From the NCBI RefSeq assembly GCF_009914755.1, contig NC_060930.1: a DNA stretch of 64,000 bases. The stretch is one strand, 5' to 3'. A program made the translations under genes and the position numbers. How positions within the stretch are numbered: the first letter of the stretch is position 1; every line of letters begins with the position of its first letter. Below the pieces are notes generated by a model. It worked only from the letters and a program-made list of their open reading frames with translations. It was not told the DNA's origin and made no database searches. The DNA is from the human T2T-CHM13v2.0 reference genome, Homo sapiens. Shown one piece after another: positions 46,926-61,780 of the stretch.

Positions 46926-49464
46926 AATATATACTACACACAATCATTAATAATTAATCCAGTTCTTCAGATTGTATGAATGTCTCCCAGGATGAGGCCA
47001 CTCAGGTTTGCAGGCTTCCTCTCAATCGTGTCAGCTTCCAAAAGCAAAAGTGGCCATGGTAAATATAAAGCTTCACTCTTTCAGGCAGCTGGGAAAATTG
47101 AGCTAAGAGACAATATCATCTCTTGCTCTGAGACTATTTTGCCTTGTTAATATAAAATTAAATTTTCCTCAGTGACCCATTTATTCATGTCTTTACTCTC
47201 AGCTACGATTTCTCCTTCTCTCCTGTAACACCCAAACTTTTTGCCTTTGGAAGGGACACTAGAATCACCACTGTGCTGGTGTAGATTGTAGGGAGCAATA
47301 CAAATCTATCAAGTAGCTCCTCCTCAGTTCATTCCCATTCAGACAGGGTAAGGTTACATAGGTGCAGAACTAATAAGCTATTTACCACCAGGCAATATAG
47401 CTGCATTCACTCCTAACCCCAATATTGCTAGAGGGAGTGAAGGCACAACCTACCCCCATTACGCCCTTAGGAATTTTGACATAAAGTTTAAAAACATAGT
47501 TACAGTTTTTTGCTTATAAACCAACGCTGCTGTGGCAACTTGTAGTTGCAGCCCTGGTCTTAGGACCTCAGCATCAGGTAGAGGGGAAAAACTAATTTTT
47601 TTTCGAGGTGACAAGGAAGAAAGAAAAAATTATAGTCACTATACCAATGTACTCCTCCCTTGGCAAGAATTGCAACTTCATACCAGCATCGTCCCCACTT
47701 CCTCTTCCCCAGGTCAACCAGAAAAACAGAGAAAAAAAATCTAGCAGCAACACTCTAGTCCCATTCATGTTGAGTGCGAGCACCCACTTGTGAAGGTGTG
47801 TAAGCCAGCCCTTCATGCTTTTATTTCCCCTTGTTTTAGACAATCAATGTTTCAAGTGCCCATTCTACTTTTCTATCAAACTATCACTCCAACATGGATA
47901 ACTGTCTGCTCATTGTTAGACTTTATGGGCTGTACAGTGAGTTCCTCAGTCTGAAGATACGATAGCCATCCAGACAGTCAAGCAATATCTTCTGTTCTGG
48001 TTCTTTTTATGGCACTCTGAGCATTTTCATCTTTCATTGAATAAAACTTACTCCAGAGTCAGTGTCTATTCCTGTCAAGACTCATCCGTAGCCCCACAAG
48101 GCTACTAGCATCAGTCTTACTTGCCCACCATATTCAGGGCCTTCCCACCAGAGAATGTGCCTCATAGCCATCAGCAGTCTCTGTCACTCTTGCTGAGAAA
48201 CAGAATAGTTCTTCCTGGCATTTTGTGCCCGAGAGGGTGCAAAAGGAACATGAATAGATTCAGCCCATCTCTGCACTGCTGTAGTACCCACTCATTTCAT
48301 GGACCCGGGCAGCCACCTCAAGGGAAAACATGGGGATATCTGCTTGTCGATTCCAGTCACCTTCTGAACCTGAAAGTTCGTTCTTCTTATGGGCATTGAC
48401 TTGTTCTACATTAATGCACCCCTCACATCTCCATAGGGCTTGCTCCATAAGGGCATCCTTTTAATAGGCCAGGTTTCCGTTGCCCTCTTCCATGAGTATG
48501 GCCAAGCTATTGGTAACTGCCAATGAGTCAGTAAAAACTCAAATTCAGGGGCTTCTACCACGTTCAATTTGTCCATCACTGTTAGAAAAGCAGCATGCAA
48601 TTTAGCCCACCAAGCAGATCTGTTTCTACTTTTTTGTCAAAGTAGCGACCTTTCAGACAGGATGGTGTCCATTTACCTTTGAATTACCATTCGCAAACCA
48701 AGCAGCTCTTCGTTGGTCAACTGAGAGCGGTTTATTGGGCACTGTAGAATCCAGCAGTTTTTTACACACTTTCAGAGTCAGTCCTAGGGGAAAAGAAACT
48801 CCCTGCTGGAGGGTATCTCCTTCTTGCATTCCCTAAGTAGCAAGATCCTCCACAAACCATTTCCATTTTATTATGGAACTCCTCTGGGCACTGCCATCCC
48901 CATTAGAATGTTTCTCTGACATCACTCAAGATGGTACGGGTATTTCAGGTGCCATAGGATAGCTTCAGCTAACGTTTCATAGCAAGGCAGTAAATGCTTC
49001 TCATGTGGAAATTCTCTAGTCCAGTCTCTCAGTAGGTGTTGCTGGGAAGAGCTCAGAGGCTTTTGCCATAAGCTCCAGGAAATGCTCCACAGAGGGTTAT
49101 CAAGTGGAGAATTTGTCCCCACCAGCATTCTACGTTCTGCTATGCATTGTGAGCGCTTGGGCAATCCCACTGGTTCCCATTAAACAGACCTTACGGTGGC
49201 TTTTACCCAGTCCACCAGGCTGGCTATTCTCTCAGGAATAACCTCCTGTGTGTCTACACCACATATTCATCTGCAATTGTTCAATGGTGGTCTGATCCCA
49301 GCCCAGCCACATGGGCTGCTTGAAGGGCAGATTTACATGCCTTTCGTTTTATGGTACCTGGTATGGGAAACATTCCCCAATCAGATACAATGTTCATTCC
49401 CACAACACAATCAGGTAAAAGAGATGCAACCACTTCCCATGAAGTGTATTCAAATATACCAACT

Positions 49465-49782
49465 TTCTTTCTTTTTTTTTTCCTTTTTTTTTTTTTTTTT
49501 TGAGATGGAGTCTTGCTCTGTCGCCCAGGCTGGAGTGCAGTGGCGCGATCTAGGCTCACTGCAAGTTCCGCCTCCCGGGTTCATGCCATTCCCCTGCCTC
49601 AGCCTCTAGAGTAGCTGGGACTACAGGCGCCCGCCACCACGCCTAGCTAATTTTTTGTATTTTTAGTAGAGACAGGGTTTCACCGTGTTAGCCAGGATGG
49701 TCTCGATCTCCTGACCTCGTGATCTGCCTGCCTCAGCCTCCCAAAGTGCTGGGATTACAGGCTTGAGCCACCATGCCCGGCC
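49465..49782 (-). mobile_element. AluY
   Basis: AluY diagnostics; TSD containing ATATACCAACTTTC on both sides. Confidence 0.93.
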
Positions 49783-51316
49783 GACTCATATATACCAACT
49801 TTCATAATCCTGTCAACCCTTACATTTTTATATCCTAGTTTCAGGAACATCTCTTCTCCACGCCCAGACCAATTTACCCTCTCTTGTGCAAAAGGCTTTG
49901 AGTCCTAAGCTAACGGGGACTCAAAGGGCTGAGCCAAAGGACCCTGGCCCTTTTGTCCATCTTTCTTGATTGGTGGGCCTGACTATTGCCCTAGGCAGTT
50001 TCAAATCAGATTTTTCATTATAATCTCTGTCTTCCAGCTTTTAAAATTTCTCCAAACTGGGAGAAATACACCAAGGTGGTTTGGGGCCCTTTAAAGATGG
50101 TGGACAAGATGGGGGTCCCTTTGGTCCACCCAACTTTCAATGTGTTCTAAGTCCTTTGTTCTAACCCATCAATTTCCATTTTATTCATTTCATTTCTGAA
50201 TAACCATCTAGAGATCTTTATCCTGCTAGGATGAGTCCCATGACTCTCCCTTTCTTTTTCTTCTTAGTTTTACCCCATCACTACTTTCTTTATTCACCTT
50301 ATTTCTTAATAACTGTTTAAAAATTTCCACCTTCCTGGATGAGTTTTTGACTCTCCTTTTTGCCTTTCCCAATTCTCTTGTTAATTAACTTAGTGTTTTT
50401 CTTAGCATCTGTAAGACTTGGCAAGCTGAGGCAGCAAATTTGACAAGGCTTCTTGAACTGTTGTTCAGTTCTGCAGGACTCACATCACATGGAGTACCCA
50501 TGTAGAAGGGGCCCCCTTAACCACAGCATTTACCATGACTTGGGTAATAGACATATTCAGCAGGTGAATATTCCCATCATCACAAAGCCAGTCCCACATG
50601 GCTTGCATACAAAGCATATCAGCTGCTTCATCTGGGGTGTTCTACTTGGAATTTCTAGGTGGTGTTGGATAACCCCTCCCTCAGATTAAACAGACCTAAG
50701 GTGGCTTTTATCCTGTCCACCAGGCTGGCTGTTCTCTCAAGAATAACCTCCTGTGTGTCTGCATCATATATTCATCCGCAATTGTTTAATGGTGAGCTGT
50801 GGGTCTGGCATTAACCGAAACACACTCTTCCACTCTGCAGCATTTAAAACCGAAAATACTGCCCCTACGTTAGTCACTCTCATAATCCATTTTATTATAG
50901 CAAAGATTCCACAGGAAGCTAATGTTACCAATCTACAAAACAATTCCTTCATACTGTGTCCTCTGGTTTCAATAGTTACTTGGTTTTGCCCTTCTCTCAC
51001 ATTGACTGCCTTCTTGGTAACCACAGGTCTTAGAGGTACTTTCTGTTGTTCCTGCATAATTCTGCCCTTGGGGGGCATCTTTGAGGCTGGTGGCCTAAGC
51101 CCAGATTGAAATCCAACACAGCATTCTCTTTTAATTTCATTTTAGCTGTTACAGATAACAATAACCAAGAGATTGAAGATTTCACTTTTTCATTATTAGT
51201 TTGTATTTCCTTATACATCTAGTGAACCAACTCCTGGGAAGTTGGACCATCTCTAAATTCCACTGCTAACTTTTACCTTTAGCAACTGATCTCAACACAT
51301 TGCAGCTTCATACCAT

Positions 51317-51953
51317 TTTTACCAGAAAGGGGCCTGGATCCAGACCCCAAGAGAGGGTTCTTGGATCTCGCACAAGAAAGAAATCAAGGCGAATCCATAA
51401 AGTGAAAGCGAGTTTATTAGAGAAGCAAAGAAATAAAAGAATGGCTACTCGATTGGCAGAGCAGTGGCATGGGCTTCTCAACTAAAGATACTTATAGTTG
51501 TTTCTTGATTATATGCTAAAAAAGAGGTAGATTATTCATGAGTTTTCTGGGAAAGGAATGGGCAATCCCTGGAACTGAGGGTTTCTCCTCCTTTTAAACC
51601 ATATAGGGAAACTTCCTGATGTTGCTGTGGCATTTGTAAGATGTCATGGCACTGGCGGGAGTGTCTTTTGGCATGCTATTGTATTATAACTAGTGAAAAA
51701 TGGTGTAATAAGCAGTGAGGACAACCAGAGATCACTTTCATTGCTATCTTGGCTTTGGTGGGTTTTGGCTGGCTTCTTTACAACAACCCATTTTATCAGC
51801 AAGGTCTTTGTGACTTGTATCTTGTGCTGACCTCCTATGTCATTCTGTGACTAAGAATGCCTAACCTACTGGGAATGCAGCCCAGTAGGTCTCAGTCTTT
51901 TTTTACCAGCCTCTATACAATATGGAGTTGCTATGGTTCAAACACCTCTGACA
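51317..51953 (-). mobile_element. MER41B-like ERV1 3' LTR
   Basis: ACCAGAAAGGGGCCTGGATCCAGACCCCAAGAGAGGGTTCTTGGATCTCGC...GGTTCAAACACCTCTGACA. Contains the B-type block with tandem GAS-like sites; polypurine tract adjacent at 51954-51972. Confidence 0.85.
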
Positions 51954-52631
51954 TATTTCTCCCCTCCCTTTTACAAGAGAACCCTTAATCCTAAGAGTTA
52001 TGGAGAGATGAAGATTCATTTTCTGTAACTTCTTCAGGCTGAATGGGGCAATGATATTCCTGTCTAATTATTAGGGTCTCTTGTATTCAGGGTAGAGAGG
52101 AACTCATTCAGAAAGCATCAGTATGTCAAGGGGCACTCATAACTCTTGAGCTCTGGCAGAAAGTAATATCAGGAAAATTAATGTGTTCAATTTAAGAGAA
52201 CATTGATTAAGCTTATCCTGCATTCCTACATATAGAGTACAATAACAATATATTCCACAAGAGTAAAGCTAAATAAGTAATACTATCCCAAGTAAACTAA
52301 ATAAGAAGGCTTTCCATGAACTGGGCAATTGTTGAAACCAAGCTAATATGGAGTCACTAGATGATTCCAATACCTGCCCAGAATTAGAATACTAATCCAG
52401 ATTTTTACATTACCCATCTGTCTTGTTTCTTCTGAGCAGCAGCCAGAGATCACTTGTTGGTTCACAAGAATAAGCGGGGTTAGTCTGAATTGCAGGGAAA
52501 AAAAAAACCTCAAAAACAACTGACGAGACTAGAATCTAATAACGGCACACCACAGTTTTTGGAACATAATTTTTCTCTCTCCAGTCTCCCATTTTTACTA
52601 AAGACAAATCATGGTAAGACCGATATGCTTT

Positions 52632-52864
52632 TTTCTCACTCATACGTGGGAATTGATCAATGAGAACGCTTGGACACAGGGTGGGGAACATCACACACCG
52701 GGGCCTGTTGTGGGGCAGGGGGAGGGAGGAGGGATAGCATTAGGAGATATACCTAATGTAAATGACGAGTTAATGGGTGCAGCACACCAATATGGCACAT
52801 GTATAAATATGTAACGAACCTGCACGTTGTGCACATGTACCCTAGAACTTAAAGTATATAAAAA
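52632..52864 (+). mobile_element. L1PA 3' end (~230 bp, 5' truncated)
   Basis: G-rich L1PA 3' UTR ending CCCTAGAACTTAAAGTATA; 16-bp TSD AAGACC(G/T)ATATGCTTT. Confidence 0.93.
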
Positions 52865-54157
52865 AAGACCTATATGCTTTATTATGCTTGGCCTGATTAT
52901 CTGTATACAGTACAGCAAAAATAATTATTTTTCACATAGGCGTTTTCAATTGGCTTTGATGGAACTCTGTTTCATAAGGAATCTCAGAAAAGACTTTTTT
53001 TTTAAAGCTAAGCCCAGTCATGGGTTTGTACCCTCAAATACCTATGAGTTGGGTAACTTCCTCTCCTCTTGAAGTCCCAAGATAACCTGGGGTTCCTGGG
53101 CCTGTTGGAAAGTGACATTCTTTACCTATCACACGTCAGGAGCCCTGTACAGGGACTGTGTAGACAAGGTATGAGGCCAGTTTTCCCAAGGGACTTTTAT
53201 TGGCTCTGTAAGTCAAGTTACACTCCTTAAAGGAAAACACATAATTCCAGTTAAAGCCTTGGTAAAATAACGAGTTTCTCCAATTGCATCCTGTTGCAAA
53301 AGAAAACATTCTTATTGCACTTATGCAAATAATTATATTTCCATAAGTTAAGGATATTCACAAATAGTCTTCAAATTCTGGAAAAATCAGGTAGAGAGAA
53401 ACAAATATGCTCCAAATTTTGTTCATGGGAGTATACTTTATTCAATTGCTAAAAGCTGCCAATAGCTCAAAAGTTCTCTTGACTCTGAAAAACAAAACCA
53501 AGGATCTACAATATTTTAAGCAAAAAGTTAAAAAAAAAATACTTCAGCCTTCTACATGTTCAGTCCATGAATATTCATGAACATTCCAGCTCTCCATGAA
53601 AGTCCTGGAAGTTTTTCCTCTATTCTAATGTCACAGTCTCCAAAGTTATCAGAAACCTGCATTCAAGAGCACCTGTCAAAGTCCTATAGCTGACTATAAA
53701 CTATCTTTTGAAGAGAATCCAAACAAGACAATAACTGTCTGTGGATGACAAAAAGTCCTAGGACAGCCATTATTAAAACCACAACTGACTAGAAATTTTG
53801 GTTACTTCTGTGGCATAAAACAGTTTTATGTAACAATGATAATTATTAATAACATAGACTAAGTCCTATCAGAATTATAGGAGTTTCCCATAATTTTGGA
53901 ACACATAGCAGTAACATATTTATGCAATACAACTCAAAGAAAGCCAAACACCATTTCATATTTAACAATGCTTCCTGTATGATTTTTATACCAAATAAGC
54001 CAAATGTCATTTTTGGACAGTGACCCCCTAATATCTAAAAGATTAATTACATCAGAAAAAGTCACAATTTACAATTTGATTTTGGAAAGTTTCTCAAATA
54101 TCAAATCCTAGGTTACCAAAAGTCACTCATTTAGCTAAAATGGGAGCTCAAAAAAAA

Positions 54158-54448
<291 letters not shown>

Positions 54449-55607
54449 CACAAAAATTTTTAAAAGACAAAAACGTTTACTCATCAATAGAGGGAAAACT
54501 TAGCTTTCCAAACAATCTGTCTCTTTCTTTTTTTCTACAGTTTATTCAAAAGGGTAGACAAAAAACTTTCTTTTTTTAAAATATTACATGAAAATCTTGT
54601 TCAAGAGAGAGAGCCAAATTTACCCTTGCCTTAGTGCACTATTGATGTCAAACCTAATTCTTAATAAAACCTTATAAACAAATCTATCCAATCTTAATCA
54701 TTATGACCATAACACTAAGATTCTTATAAACCTTTTCTAATCCTTTACAATTTTTGTGACAGAGCAGACTAGTGTTGTAAGAAAAAACCTGTTGTGCTTT
54801 TATTCCAATGTTCAATTTATGAAAAAACTAAATAATACTCCTTTAACTTTTAGCTAATATGTTCATATACAGAATTTCTTTTACAAGATTAATTTTTCAC
54901 AAACATTCCACAACTTGCCCAAACCTTCAGCTTTTTCCTATCTAACTTAAAACAATCCTTTAACCTTTTAATCTAGGCAAAAAATCCACATTCCCATGGT
55001 TTCTTATATAATCTTTACCAAAAACACATTTCACTTTCCTTACACAACTTGCATGTAAAACTGTTTTTATTTCCCAAAGATTACTTAAGTTATGTGAACT
55101 AAAAGGCATTACACTTCTTACTTTTCTGACGAAATGTTTGGTTTAAGCACTTATTATTTTTTAAGCCAATTAATTAGAGCTCTTGTATATATAAACATCA
55201 CATGCACAACACATATAAATAGAAGAAGATCTACTAGTTGTAAGATTTTTCATTTGCCCGTGTTTCTTAATTGAATTACTGGCTTCAGGGTGGAACAGGG
55301 ACAGGAAAACAGGCAGTTTCTACAGCCTAATAAGCAGGCACAGCTGGAAGGCAAAGCAGATTCCCCTAAAATTAAGGGTCCCATTTTATACCAGATCCTG
55401 GATCCCCAAAACGAGAAACACTATGGAAAAAGACAGTACAGTGATTTTACTGTGCATTTCATTGCAAAGCAATCTAAAGCCAATCAGCCCATTCTGTGAT
55501 TAGCCCATCCCTCATAGGAGTCTTATCTCTGGGTGTGTGGGGGCTGGGGAGACACATCTGCATACCTTCCAGGTGGCCAAGAGCATACTTCTCCAATCCA
55601 AACACCA

Positions 55608-55829
55608 AAGAGTCAAGTATTCGCCCATAACTGCCATTAGCCTTTCCTAAAAGTATATTTCCTACCTAGTTATTATACACAAAGTAGTTTTTGATACCCA
55701 AGAGTCAAAACATCAGATAAGAGTCAAGTATTTGCCCATAACTGCCATTAGCCTTTCCTAAAAGTTTATTTCCTACCTAGTTATTATACACAAAGTAGTT
55801 TTTGATACCCAAGAGTCAAAACATCAGAT
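55608..55829. repeat. 111-bp tandem duplication
   Basis: 55608-55718 and 55719-55829 differ at two positions. Confidence 0.93.
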
Positions 55830-56857
55830 AACACAATGTAATGCAAAACAGAACAGAGCCTAAGATTTTGAGAGAGATCTATCCACTTTCAATTACTGAT
55901 TTCTCTGAGGAAAACAGAGGTTTTTCCCAGTGCTGGGTCTGGGGCATCTCCTCTGTTTTTCCCAAGGAGTCCCAGGCTGTTAGAACTTGAATATCCACTT
56001 TCAATTAAGTGGACTTTTCACCATAGCACTCTTTTTTTTTTTAAAGTCCTTTTAAATCTCTTACTACCACCTTTAGCCATGCCAAACTGCCAATATTTCT
56101 GGCTTTTGAACTTTACCAAAAATAATCTCACAGGTGAAACCCATAAGCCTTAACTATTAAGCTACAACATTGGGAAGTTTCCATTGCACTTCCCAGAAGG
56201 AGTCTAGAGCAACCAATTTTGAGTTTGCAAAGGCATAAATTTTGGGAATAACTATGACATGAACCCCCAAATTCCTGCTCCCTGGATGGCAGAGACCAAG
56301 AGAAAGTACTGCCACATGGTTACAAGGTCAAGCTCCCAAGGACATTTTTCAACATGTGGTCTCTGGGCAAGATGAAAGAGTGAACAGTTAACCTAACAGA
56401 AAAGTTAGAAAAGAGAAAGAAGAGAAAGAGAAACACAATTAGGAAACAGCTGTCCTGGGGTTGTCATAAGAACCAACTCAGATCAAGTATATGAAACTTC
56501 TTCAAAAACTACTTCTTGAAATGACACAAATGTATCGCATGTAGTACAGAGGCAACTAGAATTTAAAAATAGGGCTGGCCCTGGAAAGTGATACCGTAAA
56601 TTAGTGAATAATGAATCAAACACAATGACGGAATAAGGGAGAAAGCCTGGATAGGAGAGGCCTGCTTGCCTCAATAGCATGCCTAAAGAAGGAATCGTAG
56701 GACAATGGTAAGTTTTATCAGAAATGAAAATTAGAGAAAGGCCACTTTGGGAGGAAAGTGTTGACTGTGCCCTGCTGAGCTCTGCCACAGGGAGGGAGGG
56801 GTCTGACCTTTGTAGCCTAGCTGTTTAGTGCTTGTGGCAAAAATATCCACATGGGGG

Positions 56858-57255
56858 TGACAAAGACTCTCTGTGACCAAACAGTCAAGCTCCCCTGAGC
56901 CTTCTTTTTATCTAGGCATTGTCCTTGAACCCTGTCTTTGGCCTGCCTAGTCCAGCTTTAGCAAGAATTCTGCTAAGTTAGTTCAGAGAGAATACCCCAC
57001 CCTCTGTATTGGATCAAGTTTCTCCTCCCTTATCTTTGACATATAAGTCCTTGACCTGCATTCAGCAAGAATCCCATTAAGCCAGTTTACAAGAATCCCC
57101 TCTACCCCGATGTCTCCTCCTAGTGATTTTTCATCATGGACTCCCTCACCCTGCCCACTGGATTCACTGAATCCCTGAATTCAAAGTTGAGCCTGATTGC
57201 TCCTCTATTGCCGTAATCTTGACACCTATTACAATGCAAATCTGAACAAGTTTCT
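56858..57255 (+). mobile_element. MER31-like ERV1 LTR
   Basis: Starts TGACAAAGACTCTCT...GACCAAAC; repeated GCAAGAAT(T/C)C...TAAG motifs. Confidence 0.7.
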
Positions 57256-57354
57256 ACACTTTCCCTGCTTCCCACTACCCCCCAGAACCCTGAGATCCTG
57301 CTTCTGCCTCCCACTCTGTATTCAGGCTCAAGTTCACTGATAATGTAGGCTCAA

Positions 57355-57706
<352 letters not shown>

Positions 57707-58019
57707 TGATCTCTGTTTCTGAGCTTTAAAAATAATATCTTTTCCTTGTCTGACAAACATTGTTTTCCTTCTAATTAATATCTTCACCTCTCCCAGGCCC
57801 TGCCAGACTTTTAAAATCCAGGTTATATGCCCTTCTTCTGTGATTCCATGGTACCCTGTACCTCTGCTATCCCTGTGCCTATCAATCGATATAATTCATT
57901 TTGTCTGTATAATTAACTTTCCCAAATTTTTATTATTAGATCATAAATCAGGAAGAGAAGGTATTTATTTTTATTGTACTGCTGTCACATTGTTTCACAT
58001 ATGGAAAATGTCTAAAACA

Positions 58020-58076
58020 TTGGGAATTACAATTGAACTTGAGATTTGGGTGGGGACACAGATTGAAACCATATCA
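58020..58076 (-). mobile_element. MaLR (MST/THE1) LTR terminal fragment
   Basis: GAGATTTGGGTGGGGACACAGATTGAAACCATATCA. Confidence 0.65.
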
Positions 58077-58623
58077 GACATCTATAAGGGCTTCAATTTT
58101 ATAGCTGATAGTTTTCTTCATAGAGTCACAGGCAGGGTTACTAAATGTTAAGGATAAATTGAATTAGGTCATTGAACTGGACTACAATCTATTTTGAAGC
58201 TGTCTGTTTAGAATCATGCTAGGTTTGCAGTTCTGTTTAAATTCTGTCTTACCTAAGCAAGACAGAACACATAATTTATAATATAAAATAAGGCAGCTCC
58301 TGACCAGCTGTTATGTATTTTTACAGAAGAGCTGGCAAATGTAAGCATAAATTGCAGTAAGATATGCAAAATAAGGACTGGATGGCAAGTGGGGGGATGG
58401 GTTAGAAGTGCAATAGCCTATGAGAGACACTTCCCTAGAGATATTTCCCATCTTAGTATGTGAAATGTTTATAGGTAGATCCTAATAAGCATAATTTTTC
58501 TTAATGGAACTTGGTTCTTAGATTCCATCATGCATCATTTTAAAAAATCAAAGTGGAATCGTCTCAAGATTAAAACAAGTATATTAATTCAACAAGGCTT
58601 ATTTCATTGTATAGAAAAATATA

Positions 58624-58760
58624 CTGTAGTTCCAGCTACTCAGAAGGCTGCGGCAGGAGGACTGAGACCAGGAGCTGGAAGCTGTAGTGCACTGTGATCA
58701 GGCCTGTGAATAGACACTGCACTCCAGCTGGGCAACATGGTAAGGCCCTTTCTCTAAAAA
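58624..58760 (+). mobile_element. FAM/FLAM-like Alu monomer
   Basis: CTGTAGTTCCAGCTACTC...CCTGTGAATAGACACTGCACTCCAGCTGGGCAACAT. Confidence 0.7.
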
Positions 58761-59859
58761 TGATACATACATATACATATACATGTATACACACACACAC
58801 CCCAGTATATATATTTTATAATCTGTTGTATTTTCACGTTTTTCTTTTATTATGACTTTCTTAACTAGAGATTTTACATTTCAAGGAAGGAATGGCATGA
58901 TGAAATCAATAGGATCTGGCTGGTCTTTCTGTTTCTTCATTGTTACCAGATCCTAAATCTTTCCCCTTATCTGGCTCAGGATTCAGGTGTACAGCAGATA
59001 ATTCCATTCCCATCAAGGTACTGACTGAAGTTAAAAAAAAAAAAAAGTCACCCCTGAAAGCCCACCTGCCTCACATTATGAATTCCTCACTGTTAAACAA
59101 TACTCCCCATTGTCTTTGCTTCATTCATAGCTCACAGTGTCAAACCTGTTGGAGCCTGGAAGCAGCTGCCCAAACTCACTTAGAAAGAATGAAGAGAAAT
59201 AAGAAAAAGCGAAAACTGAAGTTAGGAGGAGACTCAACGTATCAAAGTATCGTTCTGTGTTTTTGAGTGTAAGAATACTCAATATTTTTATGGGTGTGAA
59301 TTTACTTTCTGTTAAAAAATGATAAAACCTACCGTTTATTAGGTACTTTCTCTACATGCTAGAACCCAATATACACATTCAGTTAGGTACTTTCTCTACA
59401 TGATAGAACTTAATATACAAATTCAGTATACACTGAATATACACATATATACCCAGTTTGATTCTGGACCTCAGCTCTTCAACAAAGCTGAGGTCCAGAA
59501 TCAAACCGGGATCCCCTCCATTTCTAAAGCCCAAGTTCTTTCATCTAAGATATGCTGCCTCAGAGAAAGCAAAGCCCCAAAGACAATCTCATTTGAGATT
59601 TTATCAGCTTGTTTATTTAGTTAAAAAAAGAAAAGGAAGAGGAAAAAAGGAACGCATGTATGAAATGAGTCTGTCCAGGGTATCCAAAGATCACGAGGGG
59701 CCAATGTTTGCCATTGGAGGGGCTGTTGCTTCCTCTCCGCCTCCACGCTTCCCTGCGCTGCACCTCTAGGTGAAACTTCAGCGTGCCGCGCGGTGGTGCG
59801 AAGGTGAGGGCAGCGCGCAGAGGAAGTAAACGGGGACTGCAGGGGACCAGAGACGTGAG

Positions 59860-60471
59860 ATAGTCCTTAAAATACATATCTAATCTGTCCTCGTCATTTT
59901 CCACTGCCACCACCCTATTCAACTACTCGGTGATAACCCTGTAATTCTCCAGTCTCCAATCTGTCCTCCCCAAACCCTTCTCCGCAACTCCTCAAGAGGA
60001 TCATCGGGTGGAGTCCTTCCCCCTTCTGAACCTTCCGTGGCTGCTCACTACTCCGAGGACCAAGTTAAACATCCTTTAGGTTATTTAGCTGCACGTCCTG
60101 GCCCCTACTCTGTACACTAGCTTCTACATCTGGCCGTGTACCCACCTGTTCACTGTGCTCCAGCTACCTGGCCCTTTCCTCCTTCAGCTTCTTTGCACAA
60201 CTTGTCTGTTTTGGCTCCTGCTTTAATCTCAGCTTTGATGCCATTTAGGCCTTTCCTAGCTGATTCCCGCCCTCACCCCTGTTACCCGCCATCTAATTAC
60301 AGCTCTCTAAATGTGCTTCAACAGCACCTTTCATGTCACTGATTGCAATTTGCATTGAATACTTGCCTGATTATTTTTGTCTGCAAGTGCCACATGGGTT
60401 TAGCCCTGCTCCTGACAAGCACACTGCTGAACTGAGTAACTTTTGAATGAATGAATGAATGAGTGAATAAA
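59860..60471 (+). mobile_element. L2 3' portion abutting the DCBLD1 promoter
   Basis: Pyrimidine-rich L2-like body ending in the characteristic (TGAA)n tail at 60444-60470. Confidence 0.65.
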
Positions 60472-60519
60472 TCAGTGAAGGTCCTACTTGGCACTGTCAT
60501 CATCCTATCATCAAAATAT

Positions 60520-61780
<1,261 letters not shown>

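Larger units (their letters stand above)
46428..51316 (-). mobile_element. Degenerate ERV internal region (MER21-int-like, ERVL-type pol remnants)
   Basis: Minus-strand remnants of RNase H (AAWFANG, SAWWAKLHAAFL, WPIKRMPLW near 48450-48710) and integrase (LTGIDTDSG near 48050-48080). Interrupted by an L1 fragment and an Alu. Confidence 0.68.

Noticed and set aside
47532-51218. ORFs of 60-137 aa in the ERV internal region as a possible domesticated gag/pol/env
   Set aside because: Short and fragmented, with motifs split across frames; consistent with neutral decay.
55608-55829. CRISPR-like or prokaryotic repeat array
   Set aside because: Two-copy tandem duplication with no spacers, in primate DNA; no prokaryotic features anywhere in the window.
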